Assembly: GCA_905178155.1 (NCBI GenBank)
Contig: CAJINV010000003.1
Location: 6,753,612 to 6,817,611, forward strand
Origin: Amoebophrya sp. A120
Lineage: Eukaryota > Protista > Dinoflagellata
DNA: 64,000 bases
Reading direction: 5' to 3'
Below the pieces are notes generated by a model. That model did not search any database, was not told the origin of the DNA, and was given only the letters and a program-made list of their open reading frames with translations. Positions 13,853 through 24,452 of the stretch are shown piece by piece (the stretch's first letter is position 1; every line of letters begins with the position of its first letter). The translations under genes were made by a program, and so were the position numbers.

Positions 13853-14600
13853 ATCCTTGTTCGGTGCCGCAATTCACCACTACAACTGTTGACACTATCA
13901 CCAGCAATTTATTTCCACACAATACAATTTCCGAAAACATCAAAAACATTACATCTAGTACCAGAAGTCCTCTCTTGAATTTGCCTTTTCCATCTCTCCA
14001 TTCCGGAAAGCTACTTCAAAAGCTACTCTTGTGTTTTCGAATTGCCGGGGGATCATCATCTGGCATCTTCAGACTGCATCAGGGATCAACATTGAAGTTA
14101 GGAAGCAAACTCTGCTCCCGCTACTGCTTTGCCTCGAACAAGCACTGAGCACCCTACAAAAAACCACATCGAACATCAAGGCGCCGCCAGTACAGATCTG
14201 GTGGAGCAAGCTGCACCTGGTGGAGAAGTTTCACTGTCTTCACCAACCTCTGACAATCTTTCCAATTCAAATTCAATTCATTGATATTGAGCAACATCAA
14301 CATATTTGCTTACTGATATTTATGCTGACCTAGGACGTAGGACGTCAGCTGCGTGGGCCACCGTTCACATCAGGCTATAGTGGTGCTTTAACATGGTCAG
14401 CACATTCTGTATTTGATACTTGCAATACGTTAAATCAGCGGCAACCATAGAAGACAACGTTAATTAGCAAAAAATTAAGTTGGGAGTTTTTTGGTGTTCG
14501 TGTTCCTCTTCGGTTTTAGAACTATCGGATGTGAAACGCTTTCGTGATTGTTGTAAAACAGAAATGACGAAAAATGATAGACAAGAAGGATGCAGGGACA

Positions 14601-17600
14601 TTACAGCTCATCGCGCGTCTTCTTTTCATCTTGACTGGCTGTCGCCGCATCGCCTCTAAACTCCTTCGGAACCTGCAAGCCGTTACTGCGCAGGGAGCTA
14701 TAATTTTTCGCATCCTTTTTCTGCCATTTCTTCACGAGCCAGACGGGGTACTTCATGCCTTTCGCATAGTTCGCTTCTCGTTCGCGGTCGAGCTGTTCCT
14801 CGTTTTTCCGAATGAAGCGCTCGATGGTGAACTGTCGATGCGCGATTACGTGCATTTGCGCCAGGCTCTCGAACAGTTCGCGCTGGGTGATTCTGTCGTC
14901 GTCGTTGGTGTCGTGGTAACCGAAGAGCTCTTCCACCTGCACCTTGAGCCACTGCCTCTTGTAGTCCCCGTAAGTGCGCTCCTTGTTGCGCGCGCGTGCC
15001 TTGTGGGAGAAGCGGTCGCTGCTCTGCTGCGGCAACGTCGACTTCGAGCGCCCGCGGGGGTCAGCCGGAGCACGCTCCATATCAAATGTAAAAATTTCTG
15101 GGTCTGGAAAAGGCGAAGTTTGTCATGCACATTTTCCATGATCCATGATGTCTGTGATCTATGCCATAGCATCACAGATTTTTTGAGCGCCTATCGCTGC
15201 GGATCCTGCATGGCAAATGCCCTCTCCGCGTAGCCAAATTTGACTCCTTTTGCTGCTCATGCAATACAGATTTTTTTAGCATCCAAATGCATCATCACAA
15301 GTTTGGCCCTTCTAGACCCAGACATTTTTGTATTTGATACTCCAGCAAGTTGGCCAACAAGGCGGACTTCGAGATGTGGTCCACGCTTGGGTTATCAAAT
15401 GCAAAAATGTCTGGGTCTGGAAGATTGCCAGATTTGTCATGCACATTTTGCATGACTCCTGATGTCTGTGATGCATGCCCTAGCATCACAGATTTTGCGA
15501 GGGCTTCCTGATGCCTATACCGCATGACAAATGCTCTTTCCGTGTAGCAAAACTTGGACTCTCTTTGCTGCTCATGCAATACAGATTTTTTTAGAATCCA
15601 AAATCAGCATGACAAGTTGCATTCTTCCAGACCCAGACATATTTGCATTTGATATGGGTCTTTCTTTGTCAGCTTCTTCCACAATTGCCGTGTTTGGTCC
15701 GTTATCCTGTGCAAAGATATCGCACTCGTACTAATTGCAATCTTGCATGACAAACCGACCTTTTTACCTGACTTAGCATTACAAATTCCATTTTTCTTTC
15801 TGATAAAATTTGCAATGCAATTTACACTAGTACGATACTTTTGCAATGCATATCCATCCACGTCGAGGTGCTCAACTTCGGAAACTGCCGTCGATCGTAG
15901 AACTCCCGGTATCCAAAGAAGACAAACGGAAAAAGTCGATACGGCATGCAGCTCCCTTGCTCTTCATAGCTGTTGTTTTTCTTATTTTCCACTCGATCAA
16001 GAACTCCACATGGTGCAAAATGGTGTATTCATTCTTTCTTGAGGACCATCGAGATGATCAACACTCTACGTACTTAGAAGAAACAAGAACTTCTACGAAT
16101 TATAAATCTGAACGGATGGCATTTCATGGAACAAGAAAAAAATTTGATACTGCAGAGCAGAATTCGTATGGCGGGGCAGAAAGGCGCGGTAGTATTTGGT
16201 CGGGTACGGCAGAAGCCACTGAAAGGTGCTCGCAATCGCGCAGTCCGTGGCATGGTTTTCGTGCGTCGTGTCGGGTGCAACGAAGGTCTCATGCATGTAG
16301 TTCGGGTATGCATTGCAAATATGTGGTCTGGTCCAATAGAAGGATACCAGCTTGTGATGCGGATTCTCGAATAGGCACAAATCCGTGCTGCTGCTGCATA
16401 GTTTGCAAACTTCTATGTTTGATTTTTGTCTCTAGGACAAGGCATTTCTGCATTAGACATGGTGGAGAAGAAGCCTCTGCAGAATTTGTTTTACTCTACG
16501 AGCGCTCCACCCCCTTCGGTTCTCGGAAAAGCAAAAACTGCGAAAGAAATGGGTTCCAGACCCCGACACATTTGCATTCGATATCGGGGAAAACACAAAC
16601 ATCTCTCCGGGCTCCAGGGTGAAATCGAATTCCGGGCGCCACATGTGGTGTTGCGGAACCTCGATCCCTGTTGTGGGGTCAAAGATTTTCTCGCCGCGCT
16701 TTTCTGTGTTCTTCTTCTTCTTGCTCAGATCCGGTGGCAGGTTAGGCACCGCGTAGGGCCCCTCGTCAAAAGACTCAAACCGGTGCTCCAGGCCGTCTCC
16801 CTCGGGGTACATCATGGCGCGCCACTGTTTGCGGCCGCGCAGCTGCCAGGAGATGGTGGTCTCGCAATAAGAATCAGCGTGCGCGTACACGGCAGTGCCC
16901 CCAGGTGGGGAGAACCAGTACTCAAAGGCATCCCGAGAAAAAGTCCCGCAGCCCCATTCTGCAAAGGTATATCGACATTTGTGATCGACGTGATTTGTCG
17001 TGTACACCAATCACCTCTGTAGTGCAAAATAATGGCGCAACAGCAGTTGTTTGCCGCATCATATACAAGTAATTTAGCTTCAGGCGATTATATCTTCCGA
17101 TACTGCTGGGCCTATAAAAGGGCAGGCGTCCGCCATGATAAAAAACGGATAACAGCACACTGAAACGCCCCTAGTTGTGGCCAGGCTTTTTGGTATCTGC
17201 ACGCATAATTCCCGTAGTACTTCTGCAAGAGAGGACCACAGCTGACTTATTGTGTACTACAACCTAAGTAGCCCAGCTGCATCAGAAATTTCGTTTTTTC
17301 TACAATGGGGACGAGGAACGGGGAATCATAATCATTTTTTTTTTGATAAAAGGAATCCATGGTCTCGAAGAGGTTCTCTTCCGCGACCAGCTCCATGGCC
17401 TCGGCATCGAACAGAGAGCCGTTCACCACTTTTTCCGGCGGCAGCAGCTTGGTGGCGGATCCCGGCTTCAGAAAAGTGGCCGGGAATCTTCGGAAGTGTT
17501 GGCCGAGCTCGCGCTTCACCGCCACAGGAGCTTCGTCCTTGACGTGCCACACAAATGGAGCGTTGATCTTCGTCTTCTCGCCGTTCGCGAGCTGTTCCGC

Positions 17601-18439
17601 GGCCAGGTGCTGGCTGCTCGCAACCTCCTTGAAGCGCTTGCTCAGGCTGTCGTCGATCAGGTTCTTCACCTGCGCGCGGGTGCGGTGGTCGTACTCGTCG
17701 CGCATGTCCCCATCCGGAAAGGTTATCAAAAGGAAAAATCCCTCCTCCCCATATCAAAACGAAATTTCTGATGCTGGATTTGGATACACAAATCAAATCT
17801 GTGTTGCAGTAGAGGACGGCACGCAGAGCCGAAGCCTAATTAGGGGCCTTTTGGTGTAGGCGCCTAGCATGGTAGACCACTACCCTTTACCTTTAGGCCT
17901 TACAGCATTACAAATGGCCTGCATAACGTGCCGCGCAGCCTGCGTGTGCCTTCTTGCAAGACAGACCCGACTTGTGGTCACAAATCTGCATCACAAATTT
18001 TCATCCGGATGCGCTTTCAATATGTTGTGGAGGGGAGATTTTTCCTTGCAATAAAGGCCTTCGCGAAGTCAGTGCAAGTCCAGTTCTGGAAGGGCCAGGG
18101 ACTCAGATTCTGCTTCACCACAAAGGGTTGCCCGCGGATCGCCAGGCGCGCGGCCACGTCCGGGGTGATTTCGTCCTCGGCGAAGGTTGGAACCGAAACC
18201 TGAAAGGCCCCGTAATAGTCCTCGTTTCGGCGGGAGGCCCCCTTGAACTTCTCCAGCGGCTTGAACCATTCCTGCACCGAAGGTTCCCAGAAGGGGTAAA
18301 ACGTGTTCTCCTTCTTGCCCTCAACCACCGGCGCGACCGCAGCGCGCACAAGAACGTGAATCGGAGTGGTGCTGAGGTTAGCAAGACCTCCCAAGCGAAA
18401 CGCAAGCAAGAACGCGCGACGACCAGGACTTGTCAACAT
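14601..18439 (-). CDS. JmjC/cupin-like 2OG-Fe(II) oxygenase with C-terminal EF-hand (~655 aa, 8 exons)
   Basis: Exons 18439-18054, 17718-17349, 16962-16584, 16301-16151, 15969-15853, 15697-15655, 15387-15340 and 15074-14601 total 1968 nt, stop-free. Motifs: QPFVVK..WPFQNWT; YAHADSY (HxD); QLRGRKQW; LEPGEMFVFSPNYMHET (distal His); EF-hand loop DTNDDDRITQRE. Confidence 0.85.
15080..15339. mobile_element. Introner-like TIR element, family A
   Basis: TATCAAATGTAAAAATTTCTGGGTCTGGAA...TTCTAGACCCAGACATTTTTGTATTTGATA. Perfect ctcca repeats. Confidence 0.95.
15393..15654. mobile_element. Introner-like TIR element, family A (full-length homolog of 15080-15339)
   Basis: TATCAAATGCAAAAATGTCTGGGTCTGGAAG...CTTCCAGACCCAGACATATTTGCATTTGATA. 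Perfect tgggt repeats. Confidence 0.95.
15703..15852. mobile_element. Introner-like TIR element, family C
   Basis: TATCCTGTGCAAAGATATCGCACTCGTA...TAGTACGATACTTTTGCAATGCATA. Flanks tccgt/tccat. Homologous to 52463-52618. Confidence 0.9.
16307..16583. mobile_element. Introner-like TIR element, family A
   Basis: TATGCATTGCAAATATGTGGTCTGG...TTCCAGACCCCGACACATTTGCATTCGATA. Perfect tcggg repeats. Removal restores FSP|NYMHET. Confidence 0.92.
16968..17348. mobile_element. Degenerate introner-like intron (TAT..ATA ends, TIR largely lost)
   Basis: Perfect aaagg repeats. Removal joins MDSF|AEWGCG in frame. Little inverted-repeat similarity beyond the termini. Confidence 0.75.
17724..18053. mobile_element. 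Introner-like TIR element, family B
   Basis: Left end TATCAAAAGGAAAAATCCCTCCTCCCCATA; right end (revcomp) TATTGCAAGGAAAAATCTCCCCTCCACAACATA. Flanks aaggt/aaggc. Removal joins AKAF|PDGDM. Confidence 0.9.
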
Positions 18440-18842
18440 CCTTGGACGCGACGTCGACCAGGACTTGTGAGTTTCTTCGAAAGGACACCCAGGTCCTTGT
18501 ACTCAATACTAATTGATGACGAAGACCAGGTTGATGTACACGAGTATCATGAATTTCGACAGGATAGAAACTCACTTGGTTCCAGCTACTAGGTTTGTCG
18601 TGCATCAAGTGAGAGAAAGTAATTCGAATTTACGGGCTCCGAAAGGACGAGATTAAGTACATCTACATTTTTCCGTGACTGCTTCTAGTTCACAAAGGTG
18701 AACGCCGGGACCGACAAGAGATGCACCGTGTTTTTTGGCATCCAGCGCTTGAGACCGATGGCTGATGAAAATCCAAGATGAACTAACATCAAGCAAGCTA
18801 CCAAAGGAACGTCATGTGCAACTTCGCTGCGCAGCCAATCTG

Positions 18843-21800
18843 TCACTGCTTGTAGGCATCCAGTGGCTCACCCTCACCCGGTCGCTGCGCAAATGAATCT
18901 TTCACACTCTGTGTCGTTCCTTGGTCGTCAACATCTACCCATAAGCAGTTGACCTCTGCGAGAACGCAGTTCTGGATGGAGCAAATTGGTGTATCTGCAT
19001 ACCCTAACGCAGTCATTCCTTCTTTCATTACAGAGAGGCTACTACTGGAGGAGTGCGCGTAGAGGGTCAGCAACTGCTCACGGGTGTCTTGTGCCTCCAT
19101 CACAACCCGCTTCGGTTTTAGCCTTAGATCAGCGCGACCGCACTTGGAAAGATCGTTGTTCATGATCGGCTTGGTTCCTACTTCAGCGTCACCCTGTGAA
19201 GACGAGATGCCCTCCTTGCCTCCACTTTCGTTTGGACAGAGAGACAGCGATTGGAAAACTTGCCAGTCGTGCCCTTGCGCATCAATTTTTAGTAGCTCAA
19301 AAGATACTTCTTGTGGATCCACATCACCATTGCCTGCAGCTCGATCTCCTTGTACTTTCCCTTTTACCACCTGTTGCTCTTCATCTTGTTCCACGACCGC
19401 GGCTGCCTGCTGCAATAGCGCATGTAGCGGAACGATCGGAACCGCGCGCTCGAGCGTGCTTTGCTTATGCTTATGCGTGTCCTCGTCTGCGTGTTCAGCT
19501 CTATCGCCTTCCCCTGCAGCTCCTCCTCCCGCTGGGGTTTCATCTAGTCGACCCCGTAGACAGGTGCGAAACACCTCAAAAAAGCGGAAAGCGGCGTTCG
19601 TCAGGGTATGATTCAGGCCGTGCCTAACCGTGCTCCACTTGCGATGGTAGCCCTCTGGGGTATCGGGAAAGCCGCGGCGGGCATCCACTGTCTTATCGTA
19701 CCACTCACGAGCGACCTGTTTCACGTCAACTACATCATGTTCTTGAGGCGGCGCTCCTTCGGCATCCGCTGAGAGAGCAGTTGAGGTCCTGTTCGGGTAG
19801 AGCGCCCGCTCGAAGTTGACGTCGGCCGTTTGCACGAAGTACTTGCCCACGCGCTGGTCGTCGTTCTTGTACGTCAGCGTGGAGAATGGCGTGTAGACGT
19901 AATCAAACGGGCCATACTTTTCAGTTGCGTGGATGCATGTATTCGATACGGCGGTGACGTACTCGTGCACACGTTGCATTAGTGCGAGCCCGGCGTCTGG
20001 AGCCTGCTCCTGCAGAGAGGCTTTAATGTGCGAGGTTTTTCTGTCCTGGTCAATGAATTCGAATATTCTCTTGGGCAAGAGATTGGCGTAGTCTCCATAC
20101 ATCAAAGCGCTTTCGTCTTCACCAGTGGGAAGATCCTCTGCTTCGTTTCGAGAAATGGACGCAGCGTTTTTATCGCTGAGTGTCTGGCCACCTGCTGGTG
20201 CACCGAAAAACATGCGCAAAACGTCCATGCGGGTCTGCGCTTCCACGTCGGTCAAGGAAAGTTTGTTGGACAGCAGCGGGGAAGTAGATGACAGCACCGC
20301 GTCCAAGGTGCTCAAAGGGTTTAGTTTCTTCAGGATTTGCCCGGCGAGATTCGTCCAGTAATGAAACTCCACGACCTGCATGTCTCGTAGTCCTCGAAAC
20401 ACGCGCAACAAAGCAGGCCCGAGGTCTGACAACGAGTCTAACATGTTGCAGGATGCGGGCACGCTCTGCGTCGGGTTTTTTTGCTGTCCGGCGATCTCTT
20501 GGAACCAAACAATTCCGAATTCTGCGCTGGGCGGCATCATGGACGACGTTGCGGCTTGATCTACAACTTCCGCAGAAGTCGTTGCGGCGCGTGCAGAAGG
20601 CGCAGCCTGTTCTTTCGAAAGAGCACCAGCTGGATCTGCAGCGACCTCGTCCGGCAACGCCCCAATTGCGAAGGGCAACAGCAGACCCCGCTGGGGGTCG
20701 ACTTCGGACAGACGGCAGAAAAGAACTCGACGGACAGCGTTACGCCAAGTCTTCGGGTTCGCTTCAAAAGACCACACAAAATAGTTGCCAAGTTTCAGGT
20801 CGTGCTCCCCCAGGGAAAGTTCTCGCCAAGACGATTCTATTCTCAGTTCGTGCCCTATGCGGTCAGCTGATGCAGCCTCGCTCTTGCGGTGCAACACCTG
20901 GAGGTGGTTGTTGATCCGGTCAGCTGATTCGCAGACATCAGGCTCGAGGGCCTCCGTATCCTTATTTCCAGTTGTCGTCATCTTCTCTGACGACGAAAAT
21001 GCGTTTTCTTCCAGAAACTTGACACGGGTTCGCACAAAATCGTTGCCGGAAAAGCTACGATGTTGAGGCTCTCGTTTGTCCTGCTCCTGCTCTTGCTTCT
21101 CTTCATCAGGTCGTCGGAATCCCGATGCTGCGGTTCTGATGTCTTCCGTCTCGTCCTGCTTAGCCAATTTCTCATGCCATTCTTCTGCCGCTGTAGACCG
21201 AAACAACGGCTCGAGTTCCGACTTTTGGTGGGTGCCCACCTCGACAAAAAGCTTCGTAGCTGTTGTAGCAGCGGGGGGCGGCGCAGTTGTCTGTCTGTGC
21301 GCAATTGCATGATGCGGCTTTTTCTGCAGCAATAGACTTCGCCAGAGGTCAGTCCCTGTACACAAGCGAAACAGTGCGGCAAGCGTCATGCGTATCGTAC
21401 CTCTGGGTGTGTCAGCACGGTCACCAGGAACCTCGGTCTCGGAAGCGAACGAAGAAGCTGCCGCCGGTGTGGCTTCGCCAACGCTTTTTTTTGGCTCATT
21501 TCTTGTGTCTGAGGCCACAAGCCAGCGTTCCAAAAAAAGTACGTCAAAATAGAAAACGATGATCACATTTCTGCGTATTGTTCGTCCCGCCTGCGGTAGC
21601 TTCGCTGGGGCAACATCGCCTTCGCGATGCTCTTGAAAACTCCGCAAGTAGTTTGTTCCAGGAGAGGCATGATCATGCGGCTGCATCTCTAGAGGTCCTA
21701 CGTGCTTCACAACATTCGGACAACAATCGGACTGCAACGCTCGGCAGAAAGGCTTCTGGGCTTGGAGGCATTGCAGGAGAACTGGGCCGCGGCCGCCGTG

Positions 21801-22037
21801 ACGGGAAAAGCTGCTGCTGTCCACCAAACGTGTCTGATTTCCGAGCAAAGCCGCCTGATAGTGTGAGTCCGCTGTTTCCGTCAAAGAACGAAGCCAGGAA
21901 ATGGGAACAGGCGTCGCACCATTCTTTGTGGCACGAGACAACGAAGGACTGGGTTGGGCAGTTGCCATGCCCGGGACGCAAATGAACAATAGGTGGAGGA
22001 CAGGCAGGAATGATAACATTTTCGTTTCTTGCTGCAC
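18843..22037 (-). CDS. FkbM-family SAM-dependent methyltransferase-like protein with N-terminal hydrophobic signal and large insertions
   Basis: 1064-aa uninterrupted ORF. Dispersed FkbM motifs in the expected order: LFVEVGTH, SFEANP, LLPFAIG, VPIVPLHALL, LLKIDAQGHDWQVFQSL, VVMEA. Confidence 0.7.
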   Translation of the reverse strand: MQQETKMLSFLPVLHLLFICVPGMATAQPSPSLSRATKNGATPVPISWLRSLTETADSHYQAALLGNQTRLVDSSSFSRHGGRGPVLLQCLQAQKPFCRALQSDCCPNVVKHVGPLEMQPHDHASPGTNYLRSFQEHREGDVAPAKLPQAGRTIRRNVIIVFYFDVLFLERWLVASDTRNEPKKSVGEATPAAASSFASETEVPGDRADTPRGTIRMTLAALFRLCTGTDLWRSLLLQKKPHHAIAHRQTTAPPPAATTATKLFVEVGTHQKSELEPLFRSTAAEEWHEKLAKQDETEDIRTAASGFRRPDEEKQEQEQDKREPQHRSFSGNDFVRTRVKFLEENAFSSSEKMTTTGNKDTEALEPDVCESADRINNHLQVLHRKSEAASADRIGHELRIESSWRELSLGEHDLKLGNYFVWSFEANPKTWRNAVRRVLFCRLSEVDPQRGLLLPFAIGALPDEVAADPAGALSKEQAAPSARAATTSAEVVDQAATSSMMPPSAEFGIVWFQEIAGQQKNPTQSVPASCNMLDSLSDLGPALLRVFRGLRDMQVVEFHYWTNLAGQILKKLNPLSTLDAVLSSTSPLLSNKLSLTDVEAQTRMDVLRMFFGAPAGGQTLSDKNAASISRNEAEDLPTGEDESALMYGDYANLLPKRIFEFIDQDRKTSHIKASLQEQAPDAGLALMQRVHEYVTAVSNTCIHATEKYGPFDYVYTPFSTLTYKNDDQRVGKYFVQTADVNFERALYPNRTSTALSADAEGAPPQEHDVVDVKQVAREWYDKTVDARRGFPDTPEGYHRKWSTVRHGLNHTLTNAAFRFFEVFRTCLRGRLDETPAGGGAAGEGDRAEHADEDTHKHKQSTLERAVPIVPLHALLQQAAAVVEQDEEQQVVKGKVQGDRAAGNGDVDPQEVSFELLKIDAQGHDWQVFQSLSLCPNESGGKEGISSSQGDAEVGTKPIMNNDLSKCGRADLRLKPKRVVMEAQDTREQLLTLYAHSSSSSLSVMKEGMTALGYADTPICSIQNCVLAEVNCLWVDVDDQGTTQSVKDSFAQRPGEGEPLDAYKQ

Positions 22038-22718
22038 CGAATCGAATTGAAGAAAACTGTGTGTAGAACAAGTTTATATACTTTTACTTTCGGATACCAC
22101 ACAACAAAAACAATGAGCTGCAACGAGATACACAAACCAGGTGGTAGCTGCTTCCTTACTCGGGAATGAGGACGTGCGTAAAACTGAGCAACGCAATTCT
22201 GCATCAAGAGTATGGTACAGAGTGTCAAAAACCGAAAAATTCAAGCTGCTGAACATGAGCGCGTGCTGCTTCAAATAGCAACTCTATCTGATGCGCACCT
22301 TGAGTCATCCGTATGGCGGTGTCAATTGTTCCTACCTGCTTCGTTGTTTTTCTTCACCGGCAACATTTTCAAGTGCAATGGAGATGGTTTTGGTGACAGC
22401 AAGAAAGAAATCGCTTCATATGAATATGAATGTAGGTGTAGTTGTATCGAAAAGGAAGAATTACAATTACGGGCATGTATCGACATGTGGCCGACTGCAA
22501 CTGCACAGCTTGCAGCAAGATGGCTTGCACTGCTAGAATACTAAAACAGCAACCTGTAAAACTCACAGAAACTTGAGTTTCAAGCAGATTGAAACTGTGT
22601 TTCCATCGGCATTGCCAGATCTTCGTGGCACCCCTGGGGCTGCTACTTCAATCTTCAGCCGTGCCTCTACCTCGCTGCAGTGATACACTGAAGAACTATA
22701 TCGATTCCTTAAATGTGA

Positions 22719-24452
22719 TTACAGCGCAGTAGGTACGACACACTCGTCACCTACAGTGGGAGAGGCGTTCGACTTGGTACTAGTCCATGTAACAGCGCCT
22801 TCTGTGCGGGAGAGGTCTATCTCTGAACAATCACGGAGCGGGCGCCAGACCGTGTCAGGACATAGCACTTCACCGCAGTTGCGCAGCCGCGAAAATTTGT
22901 ACCGGTACCGCTTGTTTCTCGGGTCGATAGGTCCCATCCAGACGTGCCGATATTCGAGCAAGAACGCCATCTGAAATATGCGGTAGTACAGAAAGTCCAC
23001 AACCGATCTAACACTTTTGCTGCCACTGCGGCCGCTCTGCAGATCTTTCTCCGACAGCTCGCTTGGAACCACCGAGGGCCGCAGGTCGCTCGGAACAATG
23101 ACCCCAGAGGCGGCGTTGAGGAGCCCACCTTCCGGTTTGCTGGATATGCCTGCACCAGAGCAGGTGGGTCCCGTCCGCACGGGCACACGACTCCCGCCGA
23201 CGGACTGCTCTGGGTTGAACCAGAAGTAGGCGACGTGAACATCGTCCTCTCCTAAAAAATCACACACAATAACCGCATACAGCTCCTCCAGCAGGGCGGT
23301 GTGGCGGAGCACGAGGAAGCCGCGGCCGATTATTCGGTCCTTTGATGCTGGTCGTGGACTCCACTGCGATGGGCCGTCTTGTTCCTTGTGATCGTTCTCC
23401 ATAATTTCTACCGCAGGTCCTTCGCCACTGCGAATGTATGATCCGTCTGTGGACCACGACGCACTACTCGTAGGTATACGAGTCGTAGTCGTCGTGGTTG
23501 TGGATGTTCTTGTACTGCTGGTGGCACTACAACGGGAGTTTCCTCGTCCGAGCAGTTCTTGGTCGGGAGGACTTTTGGCATTTGAAAGTCTTTGGGTCAA
23601 ATAGGCCGCCTGCTCGGGGGTGATCTCGCCGATCACGGCACTGCGCGCAAACTTGTTACGCCATTCGTCGAATGTGTGCGAGAAGTTTTCCCGAGCAAGC
23701 CAGTACTTAGCGTAGAGCCTGTAGTTCCTGTCTTCGAAAGTAGACTTGCATGTCTTATTCCCGTAGTTGTACGAGGAAGCCGTCGTCGTGCAGGATGATA
23801 TTGGCGAGTCTAGTGCATCTTCCACTTGTTCCCTAGTTGTACTCGTCGCGTCGCCTACTTTGTCGTCCTGGAATCCACGACCCGGTCGCTCCTCTACCTC
23901 CAACGGAGAAACAACTTCTGCAACAAAGGACTTCCACCAAGTACTCCCAAATCTTCGCGCCAACTGCTTCCCGCGCAAGTGCTTCGCCGCCCAGGCTGCC
24001 ACGTTGGAAACACGAATATGCCGCCTATCGCACCTCCCGCAGCCGCGCAGTGCGACGAAAGTGGAGGCGTCATTGTACTTGTAGTGGTTGCGAAGGAAAT
24101 GCAGGAAGAGTCTGCGTGCATAATCCTTCGAGAAGCCGTGCGCATTTTGTTCGGACGCGGGGTCGCTGGAGTCCAGAGTGGGAAAGGTGAATGCAAGAGA
24201 CGGACGACCACAGCTGACGCAGGGAACCGCCTGTGGCCCGAGATTTTCCAATCCATCAAACGACGTTAACAGGCTTCTGGCTTCGACAGCGCCGTGGATA
24301 TCTGTAGTCAGAGAACGACTTTCACTTTCGATCTCGCCATTTTCCGCACCTCCTAAGGCGCAATCTGTGCTGGTACTCATATTCTGAACCGGTGGTGGTG
24401 ACTCTGCTCGATCATAACTCATGTACTTACATTTCGTGGCGTCGTTCTGCAA
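22719..24452 (-). CDS. Divergent arginyl-tRNA-protein transferase (ATE1/Bpt-like) fold protein
   Basis: 577-aa ORF. Segments LYAKYW, VAYFWFNPE and YRHVWMGPIDPRNKRYRYKF...EVLCPDTVWRPL resemble ATE C-terminal motifs. N-terminal CGRCDRRHIRV. Confidence 0.5.
   Translation of the reverse strand: MQNDATKCKYMSYDRAESPPPVQNMSTSTDCALGGAENGEIESESRSLTTDIHGAVEARSLLTSFDGLENLGPQAVPCVSCGRPSLAFTFPTLDSSDPASEQNAHGFSKDYARRLFLHFLRNHYKYNDASTFVALRGCGRCDRRHIRVSNVAAWAAKHLRGKQLARRFGSTWWKSFVAEVVSPLEVEERPGRGFQDDKVGDATSTTREQVEDALDSPISSCTTTASSYNYGNKTCKSTFEDRNYRLYAKYWLARENFSHTFDEWRNKFARSAVIGEITPEQAAYLTQRLSNAKSPPDQELLGRGNSRCSATSSTRTSTTTTTTTRIPTSSASWSTDGSYIRSGEGPAVEIMENDHKEQDGPSQWSPRPASKDRIIGRGFLVLRHTALLEELYAVIVCDFLGEDDVHVAYFWFNPEQSVGGSRVPVRTGPTCSGAGISSKPEGGLLNAASGVIVPSDLRPSVVPSELSEKDLQSGRSGSKSVRSVVDFLYYRIFQMAFLLEYRHVWMGPIDPRNKRYRYKFSRLRNCGEVLCPDTVWRPLRDCSEIDLSRTEGAVTWTSTKSNASPTVGDECVVPTAL

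Noticed and set aside
15080-15654. CRISPR-like or simple tandem duplication
   Set aside because: These are two ~260-bp TIR elements with different flanking duplications separated by coding sequence; there is no repeat-spacer periodicity and no cas genes.
18412-18469. Short direct repeat (cgaccaggacttgt) around the JmjC start codon
   Set aside because: A small local duplication with no TIR or other evidence of function.
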